DNA from: Octopus sinensis
Lineage: Eukaryota
Reading direction: 5' to 3'
DNA length: 64,000 nucleotides
Assembly: GCF_006345805.1 (NCBI RefSeq)
Contig: NC_043012.1
Location: 59,210,001-59,274,000 of the forward strand
Positions 40,147 through 49,860 of the stretch are shown here, piece by piece. Each line of letters opens with the position of its first letter. Within the stretch, counting starts at the first letter, position 1. The position numbers and the translations under genes were made by a program. Below the pieces are notes generated by a model. The model was not told where the DNA came from. It worked only from the letters and a program-made list of their open reading frames with translations, and searched no databases.

Positions 40147-40626
40147 GCTTTAGTCATTGGGCTGCATCCATTCAGGGATAATCGTCTAGAAGTGTTTTAG
40201 TCGAACAGATTGACCTCGGTAATAATTTTCTTTTGAATCAGTTAGTTATCCTATCAGACATTTTCGCCGAACAGTTGATTTACGGAGACGTAAATAAACC
40301 AACACCAGTTGTTAAGTGAAGGGTGGAGGACAACACAAACACAGAGATATACACACATATGCATATGGAAACACACATACACACACACACACGCACACAG
40401 ATATATATATATATATGTATATATACATGTGTGTGTGTATGTATGTATTATTATGTGCGTGTATATACAATGAGATTCCACACAGTTTCCATTAATCAAA
40501 AACTATCCGCAAGATTTTGACCGGCCTGAGGCTGTAGTAGAAGATACTCGCCAAAGATACCGAGCAGTGGTATTGAAACTGAAACCACATGGTTCCAAAG
40601 CGAGCTTCTTAACCATATAGCCACCT
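40147..40626 (-). mobile_element. SINE family A, diverged
   Basis: Reverse-complement head, central microsatellite and tail. Confidence 0.75.
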
Positions 40627-40654
40627 ACATGGCTAATGTCGTTAGAGAAAAACA

Positions 40655-40890
40655 AAAAAAACATCCTTTGTATTATAAGCACAAGCCCTGAAATTTTTGG
40701 GGAAGGGGGCCAGTCGATTAGATCGACTCCAGTGCGCGACCTATTCTTAATTTATCGACCCCGAAAAGATGAAAGGCAAAGTCGACCTCGGCGGAATTTG
40801 AACTCAGAACGTAGCGACAGACGAAATACCTATTTCTTTACTACCCACAAGGAGCTAAACACAGACGACAAACAAGGACAGACAAACGAT
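40655..40890 (-). mobile_element. SINE family B spanning a head-to-tail junction
   Basis: gacgaaatacctatttcttta junction identical in kind to the dimers at 28839 and 60664. Confidence 0.8.
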
Positions 40891-40974
40891 TCTGCCCCAT
40901 CGCCGTTTTCGAGAAAAACAAAAATAATGTTTGAATGTTACAATCTCTTTTTATACCCCATTATCAACAGCACT

Positions 40975-41120
40975 TTATTTACATTATTTACATTTGACGG
41001 ATATTTGTCCTCATCTTGTTTGTTGTTAACACAACGTTTGTGGTGATATACCCTCCAGCCGTCATCAGGTGTCTCGGGGAAATTTCGAACCTAGGTTCTC
41101 ATTCCTAACGTATTTTTCGA

Positions 41121-41125
<5 letters not shown>
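40975..41125 (-). mobile_element. Penelope-LTR-like repeat with mutated minimal hammerhead
   Basis: Minus strand GACAC-CTGATGA-C-GGCTG...-CAAAC-GT-T-GTGTT: stem I intact, but G12 and stem II damaged. Confidence 0.65.
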
Positions 41126-41176
<51 letters not shown>

Positions 41177-41177
<1 letters not shown>

Positions 41178-41430
41178 CATTCAGTAGTTTTATTTTTATA
41201 GCGTGCTTTCACTTCACTACCGAGCGCAGCTCTGTGTGCCTTGGGTATGTGCTGTGATTTGTTGTGATGCTCTGATGGTTATTGTATGGAAAGTGTTCTG
41301 CGTAGGATGTGTGCAGTGCCTAGGAGTGCAATTTTCTGTATGTTATATGTGTTTGTAAGTCCTGGTGTTTTTGTTATGTATTTGTCTGAATATTTTTTAT
41401 CATGCCTAATGCATTAGGCATGATAGGAAT
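41177..41430 (-). mobile_element. R4/Dong-type LINE extreme 3' end embedded in (TTA)n
   Basis: Minus strand ALGMIK(K)YSDKYITKTPGLTNTYNIQKIALLGTAHILRRTLSIQ* (stop 41279-41281; one-base deletion in an A run); (TTA)n on both sides. Confidence 0.85.
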
Positions 41431-41431
41431 A

Positions 41432-41482
<51 letters not shown>

Positions 41483-41487
41483 CATTA

Positions 41488-41558
<71 letters not shown>

Positions 41559-41621
41559 TTACTGCCTGGAATCGAACACGGAATCTTGGGGTTAGTAGCC
41601 CGCGCTCTTATCCACTACGCC

Positions 41622-41790
41622 ATATGCGGTATTTCATTTGTCTTTACGTCCTGAGTTCAAATTTCGCCGAGGTCGACTTTGCCTTTCATCCTTTCGGGGT
41701 CGATAAATTAAGAACCGGTTGCGCACTGGAGTCGATCTAATCGAATGACTCCCCTCCCCAAAAATTTCAGGCCTTGTGCCTATAGCAAAA
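41622..41790 (+). mobile_element. SINE family B
   Basis: ggtcgactttgcctttcatcctttcggggtcgataaattaag matches other copies. Confidence 0.85.
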
Positions 41791-41924
41791 ATGATGTCTT
41801 GTTTTCTTTAACGATATTAGCCATGTAGGTGGCCATGTGGTTAAGAAGCTCGCTTAGGAACGACGTGGTTTCAGGTTCAGTCCTACTGCACGGCATCTTT
41901 GGCGAGTATCTTCTAACACACATA

Positions 41925-42075
41925 ATAATAACTTCGAAAAATACCATAGGAATGAGAACCCAGGATCGAAATTTCCCCAAGACACCTGACGAAGGTTAGA
42001 GAGTATATCAGCAGGTGTTAACAACAAACAAGATAAGGAGAAATATTCGTCAAATGTAAATAATGCAAGTAACGT
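41925..42075 (+). mobile_element. Second copy of the Penelope-LTR-like repeat, inverted relative to 40975-41125
   Basis: tcgaaaaatacc.taggaatgagaacc...gacacCTGACGAagg; the GAAAC segment is missing. Confidence 0.65.
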
Positions 42076-42794
42076 ACATAATTCCTCATCTCTTAAATAT
42101 AGAACTGTATTAGCAACAGAACTAACCACATATACACACAGTTACACACACACACACAACATAGCACAACACAACACACACGCATGCATACACACACATA
42201 CACACATACACACACAGACACAAGGCAATCACTTGTCATATCGATCAGAATTTATTGAACACTTGTCTCAATGGCAATACATAGACTAAAGGACTAGATA
42301 AATATTTGCCATTCCTGTTGTGAATATTATTATTTTTTTTATGTAAATTTATTCACTACTTATTTGTAAATAAGTTCGCGTAAGTCATGAATCAACAACA
42401 AAGACCAGACGTGTGAAATATTAGGATAACAGAAAAGGTCAGCTGTATTAAAATGAATGGAAAAGGTCGCGATCTTTGAAATACCATCTACGCATGAAAT
42501 TCATTAATAAAAAAAAAACGCGGTTGCCAGTCATAATTGTGCTTCCATTTTGTGTTTTGTATTTTGCTTTCTTTGTTTGTATATTTGGTTTTCTTGTGTT
42601 CTTTTATTTGTTTTTTGTTTCTTTTTGTGGATTACCAGTGGCGAATCCCTGACAAAAATTGTTGCCAAGAATCTGTATCCATTTTTTATTTATTTTAATT
42701 TACAGATTAGTATTGGTGCGTGGGCATGAAGTTACAGAATTCGCTTCATGATCCTAAGCTCCTGCGTTCGGTTCCTTGACTGGACAGTGAAATA

Positions 42795-43420
42795 TTTTCC
42801 CACGAGAATTACTGACCCCAGTTATGAACTCAAGTGCATGCAGCCAATCAGAGCTCAACTATCAAACTAGTGTCCATCTAGTCACGAAAATAATCTGGTT
42901 GAGCTCAGTGGAAATTGTACGTTATAGAAAAATTTGAAATTTTGTGTATAAAGTGAATGGAGCGCTGCTCACCAATGATGCCATAAGTGTTGCCAATTTG
43001 TGTAATCTATTAGAAAATGTAAATGAGTGTAGTTTCCGAATTTTTTTACTGATTTTGTACATTCCTAATTTAAAACGTTGGTGTTGATCTGGAAACATCG
43101 TAATCAGTGTGGTGTTGTGTCGTATTGCACCCTCCTAGCATATATCAATGGGTCCATGCAGTACCACTAATTTCAGTCTGGGCATAGGTACCTAATGTTA
43201 GCTCCATATAGAGATGGTGCTCAAGTGATCAATAAAGATGGTTGGGGGGATGTGGTGCTTATGTGAAACCTGCTATGCTGTACTCACAGAGTAGCATACA
43301 CTATTCTATGCCTGACTAGCTGTACTGTAGTAGTACACAGTATGTGGATTTTCAAGGTGAGCTCTGATTGGCTGTATGCAAATGAGTTTTTTACTGAGGT
43401 CCGGAACTGTCGCGGGAAAA
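42795..43420. mobile_element. Unclassified MITE-like element with ~63-bp imperfect inverted repeats
   Basis: 42795-42857 versus reverse complement of 43358-43420 about 80% identical; the shared core tgcat.cagccaatcagagctca. Confidence 0.65.
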
Positions 43421-43724
43421 AAAATTTGCGACCGGGCAGTTCGCTCTTTCCTTGGACAATGCATTTCATTTGTTCTATGAAGCGTTTTGTCCATCCGAAA
43501 CGCAATATTCAAGTTGCACCACCGTACTCAGACCTTTATGGCTATCAACTAGCAGCTAGTTCTAATCCCCTTTCTCTCCCCTCTCTCTCTTTCTCTTTCT
43601 CTCTCCAGCCCTCTTTGTCTTGGATGTTCAACTGGGTTCAAGACTCAGACAACCAATATAATATGTCTTCTTGCAACAACGTACGCACCTAAAATAATTA
43701 GTAATGTCACGGTGCTTATTGGTT

Positions 43725-43920
43725 TCAAAATTGGGCACAACACCAGCAATTTTGAAGGAGGGGATAATTTGATGATATGGACCCCGATACTAAACTGGTA
43801 CTTATTTTATCGATCCCGAAAGGATAAACGGTAAAGTCGACTTCGGCAGAATTTGAACTCAGAACGTAACGACGGACGAATTGCCGCTAAGCATTTTGCC
43901 CGGTTTGCTATCGATTCTAC
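43725..43920 (-). mobile_element. SINE family B
   Basis: Reverse-complement family B head and central motif. Confidence 0.8.
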
Positions 43921-44347
43921 CACAATCCCTGTACATATTATAATATGCAGAGGCTTTACTTTATAAATTTATATAATTCCATGAAAGGATTGATAGTGTG
44001 GGTGATACATCCCTTGTATTTTTTTATCGGTTTATTTCCTCCTTAGTGCTGTTTAATTCTTACAGAAACTGCTTTCGACACTCTTCGTTCTTTCATATAT
44101 TAAATAAGCACAATTAACACACAGATTTGTTTTTATAAATAAAGTTCCATCGCACAAAGAAATATGTATGGTCTAGTATCTATATAAATCCTTGCTTTTT
44201 GCTAGCAGGCACTGAATGTGTTTTTCTCAGGGTATTAAGTCACACTGTTTTCCATAGTAAGTTCAAATTTAATTGTAAACGAAATTTCCTTCAGAAATAT
44301 TAAATTTCTAAATATCTCATAGAGATATGTGCAGTAGTGGAGCGAGA

Positions 44348-44624
44348 GAGTGGTTGTATAATGTCAACTTACGAAGTCTAGACAAATATATTCAGCTAGC
44401 AGGCCTTTGCTACTCTAGACTGATGATGGGCAAGACCCAGAAACATGCATGTCTTTAGATGCAGGCCTAGCTGTTGGAGGTGTTTGTCTCCCCTTCGTAA
44501 ATATATAAGGACACAGGAAAGGTGTCAAGGCCGACAGGAAGCGTCGATGCTTCCTAGGGCTAAACAGCAGTGGTGAAATTCCCTTACGGGACTGTCACGT
44601 TAAGTTGACAGTATACAACCACTC
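44348..44624 (+). mobile_element. 277-bp hammerhead-bearing element with ~26-bp terminal inverted repeats (probable non-autonomous Penelope-derived or retrozyme-like element)
   Basis: gagtggttgtataatgtcaacttacg (44348-44373) versus cgttaagttgacagtatacaaccactc (44598-44624): one mismatch and one indel. Confidence 0.7.
44414..44459 (+). ncRNA. Type I hammerhead ribozyme
   Basis: tctaga / CTGATGA (44420-44426) / TGGG-caaga-CCCA / GAAA / CA-tgca-TG / TC / tttaga. All core nucleotides are present and stems I-III form; predicted cleavage after GUC at 44453. Confidence 0.88.
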
Positions 44625-45334
44625 GAAATTTCCTTCGCTTTTGTTTATTTAGATGATTAAATACCTCTTTAGTGCTGGGATTGACAAAGTTGACTATATT
44701 ATTCTCCCGTAATGAATGGCCTGAATTAAATATTCATATTCTTTTTAACAATTAATCCATTAGCAAAATTACGCCATCAGTGAGACTAGAATTTCTAGAA
44801 CGCATTCACCCGCCCTCAAGCTGGAAGACTATGAGCTTTAAACTTCTTTCAGGTAGCCCCTATCCAGCGGGGGTGAGAGTGTTGTTGCGAAGAGGACTAA
44901 GTCTTGGATATACTGAGGGGCATTTATTGTGCAGATGGTGCAGATGGTGAAACTGTAAACTAGGAAGTGAATATTAGTCAAGGGCGGCAAGCTGACAGAA
45001 TTGTTATTGCGCCGGTAGAAATGCTTATCGGCATTTCTTCCTACTTTACGTCCTGAGTTCAAATGCCAAGTTGTCCTTGGCGAAATTCGAACTTACTGAG
45101 ACGGATACAAGGAAATAATTTATTCGACGCTCTATTGACTCTGGGAATTCACCTTCTCTTATGAACAGCCATTCACAAACATAACCACTATCAATTCATA
45201 TTGATGTGATTTAATCATTAGATATTTTCATAACAGGTCTGCATAGATTAGAGTTCAGCAAGGACTAAACACAAACAACATCAATAAGAACAACGAAAAT
45301 ATGACACTGATTTCTAATATTCAAACCAACGAAG

Positions 45335-45545
45335 GCGGTGAGCAGGCAGAATTATTACTGAACCCGGGTAAATTACTTATCTGTATTTCTTCCGACTTTA
45401 CGTCCTGAGTTCAAACACCACCGGGGTTGACTTTGCCTTTCATCCTTTCGGCATTGATAAAATCAGTTTCAATTGCGTACTGAGGTCGATGCAATCGACG
45501 TACTCCCTCTCTTACATTTGATGGTCTTGAGCCAAAATTTGAATC
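45335..45545 (+). mobile_element. SINE family B, diverged
   Basis: gactttgcctttcatcctttcgg motif and head. Confidence 0.75.
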
Positions 45546-46437
45546 AAATTTTAGTGGAGAGGGTACCTAGAGATGGCACACTAAACTTGGTGATAAGGTC
45601 TTTCTTTTGTTCCAAAATACCTTTGAGAACAATCCGGTCACTCTTTCGTTTTTGGTTATGTTTTCCTTTTCTTCTTGTTATTGTGAGGAATTGGGGTGAC
45701 ATGGCATCAATGTACGCCGCTCCAGATAGTAGGTCAGCAGCCTTGGAATAGCAACTTCCTCATCCTCTAATCAAAGCCTACCGCTTCAAAAATGTTACAT
45801 AGATGCAAAATGCTTGACCACCTGGAATGGCCTCAACTAGAAATTCTTTGATTATAGAGATTCTCGATCAGTACTTGCCTGGGGCTAAATATCCACAACA
45901 ACAATTTTTGACCATTTTCTCGACAATGCACACGAAGATTTTGCTTCATCAGGTTCTAGATCTCCAAGATTCCTCAAGTATATCTCTATAATCAGCTTCT
46001 AAATATAGTATATTGCGCTTATATATATACCGAAAGTGCTTTTTATCTGGTCACGTTCGATGTCTGAGACTTCAGCTTTTCGAGATATCCACATAGACTT
46101 TTAGTAGCAGAACCAAATCCATCGATAATTGAAGATAAAAATCTAAAATCATCAAAGTAGAGGAAATGTAGGTTTCGAAGATGTTTTATATAAATATTCT
46201 CATTCACAATGAACGCCATAAAATTATTCACATCTGCTCAACAGCTGTCATCAAAACCTGCATAACTTTTCGTTTCTCTCACAAACAACTACATCAGCCT
46301 TCTTATGTTTCTCATTTGGCAGAAATTTAGATGAGATTGCATGCATTTAAATATGTTTCATATATGTATGGACTCATGTATATATGTATAAATGTATGGA
46401 TGGATGGATGGATGTACATATATATACATATATATAT

Positions 46438-46500
<63 letters not shown>

Positions 46501-46752
46501 TTTCATCTTCTACTTGTTTCAGTCATTAGACTGCGGCCATGCTGAGGCACCGCCTTGAAGAACATTTACTTGAATGAATCGACGACGGTGTTAGATATTT
46601 TTAAGTCTGGTAATTATTTTATTATTTTCTTTTGCCAAACTGCTAGGTTATGAAGACGTAAACGCATCAACACCAGTTGTCAAGTGGGAGGGAGACAAAC
46701 ATACACACAGATATATATAAATATATATACATATTCATGCATACACACACAT

Positions 46753-46785
<33 letters not shown>

Positions 46786-47098
46786 GGAAAGAGGATTTGA
46801 AAATGTAGAGGTCTTAAAGTTGTTTATTGACTTGACCGGTTTCACTTTTTTAAAAGAAGATTATCAAAAGTAATACAGTCTTTGATAATGATAGATCCTA
46901 TTTCTTAACATTTTCTTAACATTATCAAAGACTGTATAACTGTATTTTAATACAATTATGATAACCAATTTTTAACACAACAAAGCTTATACAAAGCTTT
47001 ACATTTTCCTCTTGAAAATAATTTTTTTGTTAAATAGTGAAACTGGTCAAATCAATGAATATCTTTAAAATACCTCTGCATTTTCAATTGTTCTTTCC
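46786..47098. mobile_element. TA-flanked MITE with long imperfect TIRs
   Basis: ggaaagaggatttgaaaatgtagaggt...ttgaccggtttcact versus reverse complement of agtgaaactggtcaa...acctctgcattttcaattgttctttcc; TATA on both sides. Confidence 0.8.
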
Positions 47099-47211
47099 TA
47101 TATATTTTCACTCGTGCGATACCTTGCAAGTTTATTTTGTTAGATACTTACATACATACATACATACATATATATACATACGTATATAGATATATATATA
47201 TATATATATTT

Positions 47212-47400
47212 ATAGGGAGAGTTAACGAAAAAAACAAAAGACGAAGACGGGTGGTGTACAAAACAAAGAGATGTATTAGTATAACGCTCAGGAATAGAAA
47301 AAAGTATTTTACGTTTCGAGCCTACGCTCTTCTACAGAAAGGGACACAGAAAAAACAAAGAGAGAAACAAGGAGAGAAAAAAGAAGGCGTTTTTTTTTCA
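47212..47400 (-). mobile_element. Penelope-LTR-like repeat with variant minimal hammerhead (47307-47340)
   Basis: Minus strand TTT-CTGTAGA-A-GAGC-gtag-GCTC-GAAA-CG-TA-AAA; A6 is replaced by U. Confidence 0.55.
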
Positions 47401-47467
47401 ATATTTATTTTTGCGTGAAGCAGCTGCTTCAGATGCAAAGATATATATATATATATACACATACACA

Positions 47468-47556
<89 letters not shown>

Positions 47557-48433
47557 ACGAGCTTTTTCAGTTTCAGTTTACCAAATCCTCTCACAAGGCT
47601 ATAGTAGAAGGCATGCAAGATACCGCGCAGTGGGACTGAACCCGGAACCATGTGATTGAGAAGCAATCTTCTTATAACACAGCCTCCCTTGTTCTTTTTA
47701 TTTTGTTTAATCATTATTGCAACTCATGCATTTAGATTTAATAAAATAAAACACTTCTTTGATTAATACTATCCGTTGTTTTGTTTTCCCTCTGTAATTT
47801 CTGAGCTTTGCATCCTTCGATCCTTCGATTCTTGTCGTGTAGATTGAAGTCATTTCTTATCATATTATGATTAAAATGCATTCCAGCCATGGCCATCCTG
47901 TTTTATTTTGCCTGTTATTATGTTTTTTTTTTATTTAGAAACCATATATATTAGGGTCATGTTATCCAATGTGCCCTTCCTGCCTATTCAAGAGATTCTA
48001 CAGTAGAGATAGAGGGAGATTTGGTTGCTATTTTTAGTAGGATGAATGAGAAAATAATAGAGATTCCCTCGTGAACTCGTTCGTCATAGATCTAATTCTT
48101 GCTACTGTTTAACACAGGTCGATTCTGCTGAAATAAATCTATCAATAAATACATTCCACCGATCACCATCTTTTCTGATACTTTAAGAGAATATACCTAG
48201 GACTACATAAACCAAACTGTGAAGTCTAATGTAGATAACCTTAGCTGTTATTTGTTGCAGACTGAGCAACCATAGTCAGAATTCCATCGTTTCTTCGTAG
48301 CTGTAGTCAGTTGACAGGGTGTTAATATCAAACATCAACTATCTAGAATTTCAGTTTTATCTTCCTCTCTAAGTCATTCTTGTATACGCATACACACATA
48401 CTTGCATACATACATATGTATATGTATATGCAT

Positions 48434-48478
<45 letters not shown>

Positions 48479-48817
48479 TATGTATACATATATATATTCT
48501 AGAGTTAATATTTGTTATTTTTTTTAAATATCTTATCTTTCGTATTTTTTTTATCAAAGACATATATAATCTGTTATTAATGTAACTCTCCTGGGAGGAA
48601 AGAGAAAAGATTCGAAATGATATACATATATGTGTGTGTAAAGTAATTGTGTGAGAACGATACGGTTCATATTTTCGGAGATCTAGATTTAGTTATTAAA
48701 ATATACATATAAATATAAATAAAATAACACGAATAGATGTGAAGAGAAAGCTTCTGGAGGCAATACAACTTTGAAGATAAAGGACTGAAAATATATCATC
48801 TTTTTTTTCTGTCCCAG

Positions 48818-48926
48818 ATGTATTTAATAATGAAGCTACGGAAACGTGCTTGTGGATTGGAGAGAAGATTCTGATGTGTAAATAGACATTATGCTTCTGA
48901 GCATTATGATTGGAAAATATCATCTG
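48818..48926 (+). other. Candidate spliced exon (non-coding or first coding exon)
   Basis: Strong acceptor catcttttttttctgtcccag and perfect donor GTAAGT at 48927; stops in all three through-reading frames; an internal ATG gives MLLSIMIGKYHL up to a phase-0 donor. Confidence 0.4.
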
Positions 48927-49494
48927 GTAAGTCTTTTTTTCTTTTTAGCAGTAGTAGTATTAGTAGTAGTGGTGGTGGTTGTGGTGGTGGTGGTACTTGT
49001 GGTGTTACTGGTGAATCTGTTAAGTGTAAGTAGTATGTCGATCAGATGAAAGGTGCTCTATCCATGACTTCTAAGTCCTCGTATAATCTTGGGCTACGTT
49101 GACCATGTATTCATAGTAGGATGTGGTACCATGGAAGATTTTGCTGCTTTTTTAGCAAGTCGAGCGAGCCTAGAAATGTCCTAATCTCAAGATTGGTACA
49201 TCAGCGATTAGAAAGAACACGGCAAATCGATGGAAAGAAATGATGAATTTTAGAGGCAATCAAGCAGAAATTGCCTGTACTCTTGTGTTGATCACAACTT
49301 CTGACAGGAGCGTTACAGTTGTTTCGGTGACAAAAGCGGGATACGAACTCACAATTCACAAAGCCGGTCTGCATGGTGCTCTAAGAAATCTGCCAAGTCC
49401 CTGTTTTAGATTGGCACTTTATTTTTAGGCAGCAAGAGTATGAATGGAAAAGTTGATCTCGTGGAGAATTTGAACGCAGTGCGGAATGTTCCAG

Positions 49495-49680
49495 GACAAA
49501 TACCGCAAAACGTCCAATGCGAAGCTTCAACAATTCTACCAATCCACCAGTCTGGACTGATTCTTTTTCATCAACCCCATAAAGGTAAAAGGCAAAGTTG
49601 ACCTTGCCGCGATTTGAACTTAGACTGTGGTCAGTAGGTACAAATATTGAGAAGCGTTCAAACCAGCTACTCGGCTAATT
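49495..49680 (-). mobile_element. SINE family B, diverged
   Basis: aaggcaaagttgacct.g.cgcgatttgaact motif. Confidence 0.6.
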
Positions 49681-49800
49681 CGTCGAATTGAGTTGTATCG
49701 TTAGAAATATTCTCGTGATCAGGTAAATATATCTGAATATGGTGATCAGACTGATGAAATATCTTGGATAATTTTCATTTCTTTGTTCTTTCTCAATTAG

Positions 49801-49860
49801 AGAGCAGAATCTGTAGAGCATTGGAAGAATGCCTTGTCGTACTTCATGACGCCGTTTTAG
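49801..49860 (+). other. Candidate 60-nt exon
   Basis: Strong pyrimidine tract ttttcatttctttgttctttctcaattag; weaker donor GTTAAT at 49861. Confidence 0.25.

Larger units (their letters stand above)
46498..47685 (-). mobile_element. SINE family A split into a 3' half (46498-46700) and a 5' half (47563-47685) by nested insertions in its central microsatellite
   Basis: Both halves are in the same orientation and correct order, separated by (TA)/(CA) runs, a MITE and a Penelope-LTR-like fragment. Confidence 0.55.

Noticed and set aside
45930-45960. CTGATGA on the minus strand (also CTGATGA at 49751 on the plus strand)
   Set aside because: No GAAA after a stem II, so not a hammerhead.
45550-46260. 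Coding-like minus-strand fragments (possible old transposase or RT)
   Set aside because: No diagnostic motif could be identified by eye; needs tblastx or an HMM search.
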